64,000 nt of DNA from the NCBI GenBank assembly GCA_051294905.1, contig CM119371.1:36458001-36522000 (forward strand), read 5' to 3'. This DNA is from Botryllus schlosseri (taxonomy: Eukaryota). A program made the position numbers and the translations under genes. How positions within the stretch are numbered: the first letter of the stretch is position 1; the number at the start of each line of letters is the position of its first letter. Shown in pieces: positions 49,517-62,807 of the stretch. The notes beneath the pieces were generated by a model. The model had not been told where the DNA came from. It saw only the letters and a program-made list of their open reading frames with translations, and made no database searches.

Positions 49517-50347
49517 TAAAGGGATTTAAACAGATTTAAAAGCAAAACCAAAAAGGCAAAGTATGACGCAACAATCAAAATCACAGATCATGATATTCGC
49601 TTTGAACCAATGGCAACAATAACAAACTATGCAGTATACGGACATACGGTACTATAGTAGCAACGCAATTCGTAAATAAACAGTTACACGCACGAAACAA
49701 CACGCACTAATAAGAAATTTGCAGGTTATAAAGGAAATCTTTTTGTCTACATAAAATGCTCAACTAAATAATAGTAGACTCCAGCACTTTTAGATGAAAC
49801 AAAGACCTACCACGCGCAATGACAGTGAACATATTGTCATCATAGTGCTGTGCACAGGCGAGGTTTTCACTCAGATGCTGACCAATTGACGAAGCATATG
49901 CTTGGTAATCGTCATAGCAGTCTGTTTTGGCAGCCAATTTGCACTGACGTGCGAGCTCCGTGCGATCATTTGCGCATGTTTTTGACCGAATCAGTTTTGG
50001 GATACGCTGCTTGATACGCTCGTCATCGAGCAGTAGAGACGTGGAAGGCGGAAGGGCACTCGGGCAGGTTGAATAAAAATGACATCATAGTTTTTAATAA
50101 CTGGTGCCCGAGTGGGAACGTCACAGCATTACTCACAGCAGTGTAAGTGAAGGCGTAGAGAGATATACACTTGAAAAATCTCAAACACACATAACGCGTA
50201 ATCCGTTCCACCACCTCTCCCTCCCTCGCTTGCAGCGAATAATTTAAGACGTGATTTTATATCGGTTAGTAAGTATTCACATTCACATGTACACAATCTA
50301 TCACGCAGCATATATTCTTAGATCTCTTCATTGGTTGGTCCCATAAC

Positions 50348-50808
50348 TAGGGCTGGGCACAATGATACCAGTACTCGAATCTGAATCGAGTTATTATTTT
50401 AATGATTCGAGTCGAGTACCAAAAGTCGATTTTTTTCGAGTACTGGAAATATATGCTCCTCGCTACTGTGGAAGCCTCGAAACCTTGATTGGCCGTATCG
50501 CAGCATACGAAACATATAGTACAAAGCTACGGAGGTTACTGAAAACACATCTCCGAAGTCATGATCCTCCCACAACATTATCACAAAGTGCTATCAAATC
50601 GTTAGGGTCGAATAAATACCAAAGTATCTCTAATGTGATGGATAACAGGTATTATATTCTTTGTGATGGCAGAAAAGGTACATATTTGTACTTTGACATA
50701 TTTCATTTTGTTGTGACGTCATCATGAGTGATACTCGAATACTCGACACGAAGCATATTACGAGATTCGGAATCGAATCACTCTGGTATTCGATTTGGCC
50801 CAGCCCTA
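50348..50808. mobile_element. hAT-type MITE
   Basis: TAGGGCTGGGC/GCCCAGCCCTA with TSD CCCATAAC/CCCATAAT. Confidence 0.75.
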
Positions 50809-51993
50809 CCCATAATGTATAGGTCGGCATAAAAGTTTCTTCTTTATGTCTTCAAATGCATGGAGGGAAGTAAACCAGCGTTAAATTATCCATGTGGCAT
50901 CGTGACGAAACAATCTACAATTCCGGAAGGACATTGCAAGTCATACAAATTATCGAACTGAAGTGGCCTGCAAGCTCTACAAGCAGATGCATCATCAAAG
51001 TCACGAGCGACCAGAGGCTGAGTACCGACGTCTGAAAACCACGGATATAGGTAGTGAGAACAGTCGCTCATCAGGTTTCGTTACCAATTGTCGCGAGATC
51101 TACCTCACAGAGGTGTGTGACATCGTCACAGTCTAATCGCCCGTCGTACACTTTCCAATCGGTAAACGTATGCCAGGTGTGATGGGTTGTCGATAAAAAA
51201 GCTATTAACTTAGTTGAATCGTTCATCTGCTTGTTGCGAACTCGGAGAGTAAGATAATTCTAGACCAGACTGCATGAACTATTTCTTCGAGATGGTGGAA
51301 GTCAGGCATCCTAGTTCACTCGCACTTACCATTCATGTCGGGTTATAGCGTTTTCAGTCTGTTGAAATCTGACTTACAAAGAGTGTCGCAGGATCAGACT
51401 GAACCCTAGCATAGTCAAACCCAACAATAACCTGTTTGAGAGTTTTTGAAAAGATGCTGAATTTAATACATAAATAGAAACAAAGTCAGTGGAATTGCTC
51501 TAGCGATGAAGCTTTCTTTTTGTGATCTGGACAGTAGGCTAATCAGTCGTGTCGCCATTTTTCGTATCGGAATTGTGACACCGCGCACGCGTATAATGAT
51601 AATAGCCATCACAATTTTTATACAATAATGTAAATCGATACGATCTCTGAAGCTGTGCGTGGCAGTATGATGATTTCATAATTTATGACTGGTGCGCGTC
51701 TACCAGAAACTTGCAGTACGAGCTGTCACCCATTAACGTGGTGCTTGCCCCTGTCACAGCCGCCCAACTCAACTTGTCAAGATAACCTGGAGATTTGAGT
51801 GAATGCTTGGCTATCTGGGTGGATAACGATCAGATGTAGTTACTAGACAGACTGGAATGATTTGAGAACAGTGTCGGATTCGAACAGGATTTCTTAGCGA
51901 AACCTAGAATAATTGCAGGAGAGGCAGGATAATTGGTACTGAAAACCACAAATCTCTTGTCCAATATGTATCAGTCTCCGTCATGGTCGGTGG

Positions 51994-54900
51994 TCACGAT
52001 TCAACCGATGAGCGCCGCCCACTTGAGGACGATGAACTCTGAGAGCTCTCAGAACGATGAGAGCTGCTAGGTAGCGATTGCTCCATCACAGTGATATGAA
52101 CGAGTAGGTGTGAATGTTTCAGTGGAATGCCGTCGCTGTCGAGCAGATGAACGGTCCGATAACCTGAAAAGGGATAAAATTTGGTGATTTGTCTGACGCA
52201 GGGGCTATAGGTTCAAATATTACTGTTGGTTGATGACCTTTGAGAGATACTGTTTTTAGAGTAGGTCCGACAGGTGACGAGGCGATGGAAAATAGTCCTT
52301 AGTAAGTGAAATACCGGTACCGTACTGACTTGCGATATAAAAACTACACCAAGAAGTTCTGAAAGAATGTGTGAGGCTTCTGAATAGTTGCTTTGCGCTG
52401 TAGTATTGGACCTCGTTTGAATTGTGATAATGGCACTGGAACTTATCTGCATCCTTCTTATCGTTGATTCGTGAATAGATATTATCTTTACTGACAGTCA
52501 AAGCCTGTCGTCAGGTCATGGAGATTATATGAACACTACCGTACCTTGAGCAACACTTTCGAATGGAAGCACGAACTGGCCGACATTGAGAGAATCGTTG
52601 AAAACTTTGAACCAAACCATGGCGAGCGAAGCGGTCGACACTTGAAAGGTCAATTCGTCATCCCAAACCGGGTTGTACCCTACAAATGTGAGCAATTTAG
52701 CTCTAAGGAATATCATAAAATACGATACGTTATCGCAGTGCTGCTTAATTACTGCACGAATCAAATGGTTGGTAGCCTATATGTATGCACATCCTTACCG
52801 GTACTCATCAACTTACCGCTTCCGTTTACCGACTTGGTACGCAATTTCATCTGATCTGTGGGCTCTCCTACGATTTCAACTTCGACAGATAGCGAACTTT
52901 CCTCGTCCACATCAACTGCAGAAACAAGCAAGGATATAACCTTTCCGCGTTAGTCTCCTGGACTTATTGGAGTTCATTATTATGGTTGAATATCATAATA
53001 TCCCTAGAGATTTATAGAGAGAACTATCAGATAACCTACCGGCAATATCGGATCCACATATCACAGTAATTTGAAGTTTTATGGGACATGTCTTGGCGTA
53101 GCTATCTCTCGACACCCGCATGAATTCCGGCTTTAAAAGGTACCCACATCGGCCATTTTGTCGGAACTTCCCGTGGTACAAGGTCATTTCGTCACACTTA
53201 GTTTGGTAATTTAGAGCAACTGAAAGGGAATCGTGATTTTCCAGATAATAATAATATTTTCAACAAATTTGAACCTCACCGACTTGAAACCCAGCGTTCC
53301 AAAGAGGTTGCGGGTCATAGTTGCTGGAGTCTGTCCTTGTGGCTCCTGGATATGTTCTGTTGAGGTTGGTGGCGTGAAATTGGATTGCTTTCGCTCTATC
53401 CTGCGTGGCAAGTCTGGACATAAAGAGAGATCGGGCCGTCAATTTGGCGAGCAAGACGTGAGACAAGCGCATGAGGACATGTTGAAAGTGGGCGTTAAGA
53501 GTGTGCGAGAAGCTACCACGATTTCAAATATGGCCTACATAGCACCGCAAAATGTAACTAAATGATGCTTTTCTCTGGCCGGGACTAGGCCCAGCAAGAT
53601 ACGGGCTGATATGCTCACCTGTAGGCTTTATTTTCAGAAAACGAGGAAATTTCTCGGTACGTTGTACTTCTCATAGCTTCATCAAATCCTTTAAACTTCG
53701 TGCTTTTACAATACACAACTTGATCAGACAAGTCCTTCGAAAGTTTCAACTTTTTCTCCTGAACGATTAAGATGGCGAGTTGGAAAGGGTAACGGAAGGA
53801 CTTCGGCCATTTCCACTCATAAATTTTATCCCGGAGCAAAGAAATTATATTGTATTGCATGATGTGCCAGTGTTGGGTTGTTTCGAGTCATGTCTTGACT
53901 CGAGTCACCTTTTCGTATGACTTGACTTGACTCGAGTCATTTTGCTAAAAGGACTTGACTTGACTGGGCGTATCAGAAATGTGGAGTGACTCGTGACTCG
54001 GAGTGACACGAGTCAATTTCAAGTCATCAAGTAATCGGAGTCGATAAAAATCACTGTATCTTGTATATGTTCGGATTGTTCGCGAAACGCTGCATGGTGT
54101 AACCTGTGAGAGCGACAAATCATTTAATGATCCTGCGTTTTACTGATCCTCCATTGTTCTCTCACAAATAAATTGACCGCAAACGAACTGATCGAAGCTT
54201 ACAGCTTACGTTGTCGTAAACTAGTATAGTAAAGTAATTTCTGTTCTCTGTTTTTACCTTAACCTAACCTCTTATTATTCGAATATAGTTTATATAGTCA
54301 TCAACCATTGGCGCAGGCTCGGATCGTATCATATCGATTTGTAAATCGGTAATGTACTGCATCCTATCAATTCGTATCTATTCTCTATTTTGTCTGGTAA
54401 CTATAAACTGAGGTTTAGCAGTTCTACGTATATGTGAGCCATACAGCGCCTTCTTGAGTGTATATTTAACTCTATATTAATTCGTCGGTTCAAAATCAAT
54501 GACCACTCAATCTGAATTTCAGGCAGCTAGCAAAATGCAATGACGTTTTCATGCCTCATACTTCGAAAAGGCAACTTAACTCGTGACTTGACTCGAGTCA
54601 CCTCCAAAAATCGAGTGACTTGACTTGACTCGAGTCAAAATGTGCAATGACTTGTGACTCGAAGGTAGTGACTTGATCCCAGCACTGTGATATGGCTGTA
54701 TAGTTGTTGTTCAGTATTCATGGTGTGTCGACAGCAATGGTCATTTTACACCGGGACCATGTTTTCATAGTGTCCTATATGGTGTCGACACAAGCAAATC
54801 TCACGGCTCAGTGAAATTGTATCACGTCACAATTTCCATTTGGCTACAGGCAATTTGACGGTCATTTTTGACCGGCTTGCCGAGCATTAAATTTGGTGAA

Positions 54901-57900
54901 ACGGGTATCAATCGAAAGCTGTCTCTGTACTGATTACGAAAATATAAATTTTATTCCGCTCGCGGCCCTGGAACCCCCACAATCAGCCTCGAATTTTTCA
55001 TTGTTATGGAGATTGGCATTGGGACGCAACAATGCTGTCTGGTGAAACGAGAGAGTTAATCTCTCGTTACTCTCTCGTTTCTCCAGACAGCATTGTTGCG
55101 TATCAATGCCAATCTCCATAACAATGAAAAATTCGAGGCTAATTGTGGGGGTTCCAGGGCCGCGAGCGGAATAAAATTTATATTTTCGTAATCAGTGCAG
55201 AGTCAGCTTTCGATTGATTCCCGTTTCACCAGATTTAATGCTCGGCAAGCCGGTCAAAAATGACCGTCAAATTGCCTGTAGCCAAATGGAAATTGTGACG
55301 TGATACAATTTCACTGAGCCGTGAGATTTGCTTGTGTCGACACCATATAGGACACTATGATGTTATATGATTCATGAGCTGCCGGCTTGCAATTAGACAC
55401 AATCGATTGCGCTTCGCGAATTTCTTTAAATTTATCGATTATTACGCACACACATCGATTGATCTGTGGAGAAGGTCGATTAGGCCTACTCAAGTTTGTA
55501 TAAGGCTATTGCAAGGACACTCAGGACATCGACGTAAAATGAACAGTTGAACACTGAACAAAATGTAGTGTGATGTATATCATGGTATTCAAAATTGAGC
55601 GAGTTTCTCACCTGCTTCTTTGTGCGTAATGATTGATCGGAGGTCTGTGAATTCTCCTGGCTAGCTTCTTCTGCCTTCCCGACCATTATGGCATCCCTTC
55701 CTTTCCAACGAAAAAGCCTCAGCTGCCAGAAATATAACGTTGATCGTGGCGTTCTGGTTATCCAGTTTGATACTCACTCCAAGATTTTTCGAAAGATCCA
55801 CATCCATCTCCGCGGCTTCATCTTCATCACTTACGTCACCATCCTCATCATCAGACGATAAAACTGGTAACTTCTTACCTGTATATATAAGGTACATTTA
55901 GTATTTTCTTCATCATCAAACAAGATCACCCGTTACCAACAAAACACAAAACGATGATAAAATACACGCTGCACCCAACTTTAATACATAAATGGGTGGT
56001 ATCTTAACTCGACAGAAAGAGATCCCGGCAATAAACGCACGGACCTTGTGTAAAATGGCCAAAAATATCTGAATTCCATTAAATCTAATAGCCACCCAAT
56101 TTAAAATTATTAGATCCTTTCATTTACGCTATGTACTATAGATGCCGATACCTTTAAGAAGAATCTTTCCCTGCAAGGCGGCTGGTGATGGAAGTCTTTC
56201 TTCTTCAGAATCGGGAAGAATCGGCTCAGTCAGCAATTCCGCACCGAGAATTCTCTGTCAATGAAATAGAATATTTTTATCATCAGTTTTATCGAATGAA
56301 ACATCAATTTTGATTGATATATATATCGGGAAAGATGCAAATCGCTGAGAAATTCTAAAACTAAAACGAATCACAAGTACAATCGCGCTGGCGGACTCCA
56401 CCTGCATGTATGCCGCCATTTTCTCTTGCTGCTTCACGGAACAGTGGTTTTCGATGCTCAGAATGAGCGGGAATCTAGAGGCTTCGAACGCGTACTTCCC
56501 GATGACTTGGATGGCGTCCTTGAATTTGATTTTCGACGTGAAAGTGTGTCCGTGGAAAATTATGGGCTCTCCGTCCCTTCCGTCCCAACAATCCAGCTCA
56601 ACGCATCGGCACCCTTGCAAAAGAGCCCTGGTGAAAGGGTAGTGTTTTAGAGAGGAATAATAGTCTGCTGATTGTGTTCTACTTTATCGCAGCACTATAT
56701 ATTAATTTGCTTTAAGTGCCAGCGGAGCAGAGATACCTTACCTCTCTACTCGAATGGCTTACAGTATCATATACCAAATCAAAATCATCGATTATATTTG
56801 CACATAATTTGGATATCGCGATACAATGAAAAGATGGGAAGGAGGAGCCGATACGACTAAGCAAACTCTGTCAATTACCTCTCAATGCGGGGAGTATGAA
56901 TATACGTTAAGATAAAGCATTGCCGATAGAAGAGAAATGAGGAAGATACAATTAAAATGGATAAGCTATGGGAAAGTAGAGGCATGCGGCGGTACAAAAT
57001 AAAATTATAATGATTATTATAATGACGGCTGAGCTGAATGCCCTGACTAGTGACCAAATGCCTAAAGTCCATGAATAGACGGCTTAGAATAAACTTTGCA
57101 TAAACGCCTAGAAATCCCAATTCCAGACAGTAAATTCAATAAATAACCTAATTGTTAGTATCGCTGGTCAGCCCGTTTCCCACATAGATAATGCCAAATA
57201 TCTCGGGGGTTTACTGGACTCGAACATGTCCTGGAAGAGTCATATTCAGTCCCTAAACGCTAAATTATCACCGAAGTGCGGCCTGTTCTACAGCCTTAGG
57301 CGCTTCATGCCAGCATGGGCTCTTCTGATACTCTTTAAATCCCTAATCCAATCGAAGTTACATTATGGCATCCTCTGTTGGTGGGCTGCTAGTAAAACTG
57401 CATTCATGCCACTGCAAAAAATACAGCATAAAGTACTCCGAATCATAGCTAGGGTCCCAAAGGGGCCTGGCTGCCCATCCAACAAGTCGCTGCTGAAGAA
57501 ATTCGGCGTCCTGAACCTAGAAGATATGCGGAAACGAGAACTCGCCAAGTCTATGTATCAGTTCCACTGCGGTAGTTGCCCCAAATATTTCAATGACTTC
57601 TTTACCTCGGAATCAAAAGCGCACAAGTATAACACACCCGCGTCCACGTCGTCCAAACATCATATGATCGACCGAAAAGATCATTGCTGTATCAAATATG
57701 CCGGACCTGATGTGTGGCACAGTATCCCGCCGGCCAGCCGACAGTCGACGAGCATGTCCACATTCAAGTCGAAATACAAGCAAATACTACTAAATAAATA
57801 CTAGTGCATCCTCAAGATTACTGGACCACGACTGACCTATCGATCTCGCCTTCCATGTCATGCCACCCCATTTTGTCGCTTGCATTTTTCTATACTATCT

Positions 57901-59738
57901 TCTTTACTTTTCATTCAGTGTACGTGCCTCCTCTTTACATCGCCTAGGGCCTAGGCCAAGGTGGGTGTCTCATTCCATAAACTACTCCAAGTCTTTTCGA
58001 CATCTTCCTGTCTTCTCATTGTATCGCATTTTTGTGGTGTATTGAACTGGTAAAAATTGCTAATAAACCAATGAGGATTACTCGGACTATTTCGCAGATT
58101 AGAGAGATTGTGGACTCCCGTCGCGTGTACGGAAAAACCACCACTTTGCACAGCGATTCCAGAACTCAGTCGAATGATCTCGCCGGCTATTCGACAGTCA
58201 TCGAGCATGTCCACATTCAAATCGAAATACAAGCAATTTCTTTTGAATCAACTCCAGTCTGCCCCCAAGACTACCGGACCACAATCTCACATATCGAGCT
58301 CATCTGCCGACACTGCCGCGTGGTGGCAAACAAGAGTCGATAGGTATACTCATACTCACTTCATGTATGCGTCGGTGCTGCTCGGTCCTCGTAATTGATC
58401 TGCCATCAGGTACGTATTGTGGGATGAGGCGATGAAGTAATGCGACAGTGGATGCTTCATATCTTGATAGACCTGGAGATGTTATGGAATTATCGTGTTA
58501 TTACAATCAGGTTTATTTACCCGATCAGTTGAAGTATAGCTGGTCAATTTATGGCATAATGTATACTGTATATATCATTGCAGCTTTTAGTAAAGTATAT
58601 TTACATTGGACTACCTAAATTTCAATGCGACAACAGCACCTACTTGGTTATCATGAGTGTAAGCGGGTGATAATTGACTATCATTATACCTCCAGAGTAG
58701 TATAGATGTAAAGCCGTAAACGTAGGGTTACCATGGGTTGGGTTGGGTTGGTGTTAACCTTTTGTTTTAGTCAAACTTCCCGTCCGAATCCAGATTTTAC
58801 TTATATTATGGCATTTATCAGTTGTCTCTGTACTATCGCCTGACTCGTAAAGCTGTAAAGGCGGACAAATTGCAAAAAAGGAGGTCAATTGGGCGTCCCC
58901 GAAGCACATTATAGATGAGGAAAAATCCTCCCAAAGGTTATGGTTTAGGTTATCCTACGTAAACGTCTACTCAATTACATGGAGAAATAGCGATTCCCAA
59001 GACATGTAAAAACGACTACAAATGGAAATAGAAAATGAGATGTCTGAAAAGGGCTCAAGTGAGTATACTTGAAGAACTAAATTTGGTCGAGGGGTCGCAT
59101 TGGCTACTAGTGGCAGGTAATCGGAAGTGGCTACATTCCAGATTTAATGGTGCATATTGTGGACTGACACAAAATGACGAATAACAGTGAAAATCGATGC
59201 AATCCGCATACATATTTAGTAGCTATTCAACGATATGTGGGAGTAGCTTAAAACATAACCACTTGAGTAAATAGTACAGATAGCGGAAATCTACCTGATG
59301 TCTCTGAAAAAGTAGAGGTATACCCCACACCACATTACTGACCACTTCTGATTATACCTCGTCGTGTCTTTTGTTGAATACTTCACAATTATTCGACAGC
59401 ATGAACGACACGAATCCGTGCACTGACATTTGCTTTCTCTCTCGGATGACATCAGACATTTCGTAATCCTCGATGATCCGCAAACAGTCAGCTTCGGTTA
59501 CGTCATATTCTCCTTGAGATTCCTGTTGTTATAAGTAAACGGTAAACTGTGCTCTGCATCCCAAATTAATTTATAAATTCACTTGTAGAAATTTATAGAT
59601 TTCTCTCGCGGTCAAAATTCTCTTGTCGGCCGAGTACTTTTTAAAGATATTCTGAAATTCCGGCAGCAGAGTCGCTGTTTGATAGAACTCGATGAAGAGC
59701 TCGAAATCCACGCTAGGATTCTCCTTGGTAGTTCTGGC
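51994..59738 (-). CDS. Phosphoinositide-specific phospholipase C, delta/eta-type (EF hands, X, Y, C2), 3' 13 exons (610 aa); 5' exons not found in the window
   Basis: Exons 59583-59738, 59358-59522, 58360-58472, 56402-56627, 56152-56254, 55778-55878, 55612-55722, 53619-53758, 53280-53413, 53040-53219, 52817-52915, 52545-52679, 51994-52163, all GT-AG and in frame. Motifs: [103 protein letters not shown]. Confidence 0.93.
54765..55360. repeat. 596-bp near-perfect inverted repeat (fold-back)
   Basis: Arms of about 292 bp (54765-55056 and 55069-55360), about 8 mismatches by eye, 12-nt loop. Confidence 0.92.
57140..58045 (+). mobile_element. 5'-truncated CR1/L2-group LINE (ORF2 C-terminus + 3' UTR) in a PLC intron, antisense to PLC
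   Basis: [18 protein letters not shown]...[14 protein letters not shown]...[12 protein letters not shown]...G..VWHSIP...S.STFKSKYK. Related 3' fragments at about 58150-58310 (+) and 38360-38592 (-). Confidence 0.85.
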
Positions 59739-61867
59739 CTGAAAATGTCGGTAAAAAAGATCACGTGATGTCACAATATAGTAGGAGTGTTTCCTGCAGT
59801 AAAATGGCGTTTCCTGTAGCAAGTGTTGTCAATGTAAAAGGTGACACTTGACTTGTTGCTAATTTGTGTGCTCTGATGTAACATGAAATTTTTAGGTTGG
59901 GTGTTGCGGAAGAAATGAGTATTGTGCTGAATTTTTGCTTGTATCTAAGACGATTTCAGTACCTAGTATAGTGGTAGGCAACTTTTTCCGCTCTGCGGAC
60001 CGGTTTTCAAAAGCAGAAGCGTTTAACATTGCTAATTGATTGTAGCTTACACACTATGAGGTTACTAAAGGGTGACCAGTATGACAGTACCACACACGTT
60101 ACGACTAAAGAGATTAACTTGATATTTACCAGTGATATTGACCACTATAATTCCGGACCTCCACTTGAGTTGCGTAACTGAATACTTAAATTCGATCGAA
60201 GTTCAGCAATATTCCAAAATGACTAATCCGAATTCTGTCAAATCTTCAAATCAATGTATTCCGGGAACTGGTGATAAAACTGCGTTCTGATAACACTATA
60301 CCATGAATGTTTAACATTCGGTTTTTAGGGCATCCACCCACTGCCGATACGCTTTTACGACTAGGGGATATATTCCATGATCTATGGGCTGTTTAATTTT
60401 GTGATATTTCGTTAACTAACCTCAGTTTATACTAGCCGTATATGCTTTTTGGTGTTATTCATTTTCATTCTTACTCTTGAGCCAATCACGCAATCTATAC
60501 GTCAGTTCCGGGCGCTAACAAACTACCGTTCGTCGTCTAGTACGATTAAGGAATCGATTTTACCAGCGTCACACCCATCCACCATACCGGGGGTTGCGAT
60601 ATAGTTGCATAGATTCGCAAGAAATGATTGTCTTGCTCCGTTATTTTAATGTAAATAGCCTCGCGTACGGATATGAAAGAAAATTCCCGTAACGTAGAAA
60701 GCGACAAACAGACAACTAACGAAAACAAACAGGTTGGACTCAACGACAATTGCCAGGCGCGTGACTTTGGACGCGACAGACGGCGGCTCTGCCCGCCGAC
60801 GGAAATTGCAATAGCGGAAGACCACCTTTCTATTTGTCCAATTATCATTCAAACAAGGGCCTGTATTAGCCAGAAATGGGCAATTAGTAGCTTATACTCT
60901 ATTTAGATTAGAACAAGAACTGAATTCGCAAATAACTTGTGAAGAGAAAATCAAGTTCAGTTATTATCAAATCAGAGTTCATTGTCATAAGCTCGAGAAT
61001 GACAAATGCCTGTACAGTACACCATGCTTGACTCTTTTCGTACTATACAGTTCTTCTGTAGCGTTTTCAGGAAACCCTTATATTAGACTGTAATTAAAAT
61101 TACAGCATAAAACATTTCACAACCTAGATTTGGAATAGATTACCGGCAATTCGCTCTAATTAGTTCAAATCGGACCTAAGCACGTGCGAGAAGAATTGGA
61201 CAACTAGATAATTCTAGTTGTCTAATTTCACTAAATCAGATCGAAATACCAGTAATCTAATTCTAATCTAATTTGGAAAAGCTGAAAATTGTCTAGTTGT
61301 CCAAGTCTGCGTGCGAGACAGTAGGCAGGGCATGGTATGGTATGGTATGGAACGACGATTTTCCATACTCCATACTTGCCTTACTCTCTCCATACCATAA
61401 TTGCAATTTTCCATACCATACCAACATTGTTCCATACCATACTTGATACAATGATACATATTCCATACTTTCAAATACTTCAATATCATAAGTATAGTAC
61501 CTTTTCTAGTACCTATATTATTGATATTTCGGATGTCCTTTTTGCTTAAACTAGCCATGATGCGAATCTAATTCCTGGTGATAGTTTTACGGAGTCTGTT
61601 TTGGTGAGGCTTAGTTCACGGTGGTGAGGTGTCGTGTACGTCTACTCTGTAGCTTCCGCGAGCAAAATGAGATAGTCAGCAGATTGTTATCTAGGACAGT
61701 CCATAATATATAGACGGGTAACATACGGCACGCGGGCCAGATGCGACCCGCGACGAGATTTTGTCCGGCTCGCGGACATTTTCCCGTCTTACATGTTAAT
61801 GTGGCCCGCGGCCGAGATTCCCCACTACTTGCCTAAACGTCAAATTTTAGTGACTGTATGTTATTAT

Positions 61868-62807
61868 TAGGGCGATTTTTTTGACATGTCAAAAAAAGTC
61901 AAAATTAGGTCAAAATTGTAGCGTTAGGTCAAAATTTGTCAAAATTGTTTACAAAATCAAACATTTTTTGACCTCTACATTTAGTTTGTATCGTAGATTT
62001 TGCGCTGTCTGTGAACTTATCATTTGATAATTTACAGCCTGTAGCCTACTTTATAGGCCTGCCGTTGTCAGCTATCAACCTCTGCTGCTGAACGTTCTTT
62101 CTCCATACTTGACAAGCTACTTAGTAAGAACAGACACTTTCTACCCGAGATACTGCAGTGGTATAATCCGGGGCTGCAACACCAATGGGTGTGGGTTCGA
62201 TTCCGACCTAGGTCGACTTCATAATTCCGATAGCTAAGTGTTGGAGGTTTACCTAGGCTCCTCCTCGCCACCTCATCCGCGTAAGCGGTGTCTTACAAAA
62301 AAGCCTAGAGGTGGGCCGTGCTATATGTTGGCAGTTACGGAAAATAATGAAGAATATCGGCCTGGCGTAAATAACCATAGTAGTTGACAAACACCATGAA
62401 TACCACAAAACAAACAAACAAAACAAACACTTTCTACCCGAGAATGTAGGAAAGTATCTTTCGTTGTACTACAACAAATTTTATTTATTCCATCATAATA
62501 CGTAATGTAACTACTGCAATTCTTCATAGGGCCAGATTTCGTTAAAATACTAGTTTTTTCATGTAAAAATTTGTCAGTTTTTGAGCCAAAAACGTTTATT
62601 CAGGCCAATCTACTTTGTAAGGACAGACAGTTCCAACCAGAAATGAAGATAAGTAGTACAATTTTAACATTATGTGCGAAAACACCTAATTTGCATGCGT
62701 GAGGTCAAAATTTGGTCAAATTTCAGTTTTTTTAGGTCAAAAAAAGTCAAAATATAGATTTTTTAGGTGAAAATCTTCCGTTTTTAGGTCAAAAAAAAAT
62801 CGCCCCA
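61868..62807. mobile_element. MITE with GGTCAAAA repeats (partial copy about 30770-31130), carrying a nested SINE
   Basis: TAGGGCGATTTTTTT/AAAAAAATCGCCCCA with perfect TSD GTTATTAT. Confidence 0.8.
62151..62426 (+). mobile_element. tRNA-derived SINE
   Basis: A-box-like GCAGTGGT, B-box GGTTCGATTCC (62194-62204), (CAAA)n tail, and a 17-bp TSD ACACTTTCTACCCGAGA at 62134-62150 and 62427-62443. Confidence 0.8.
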
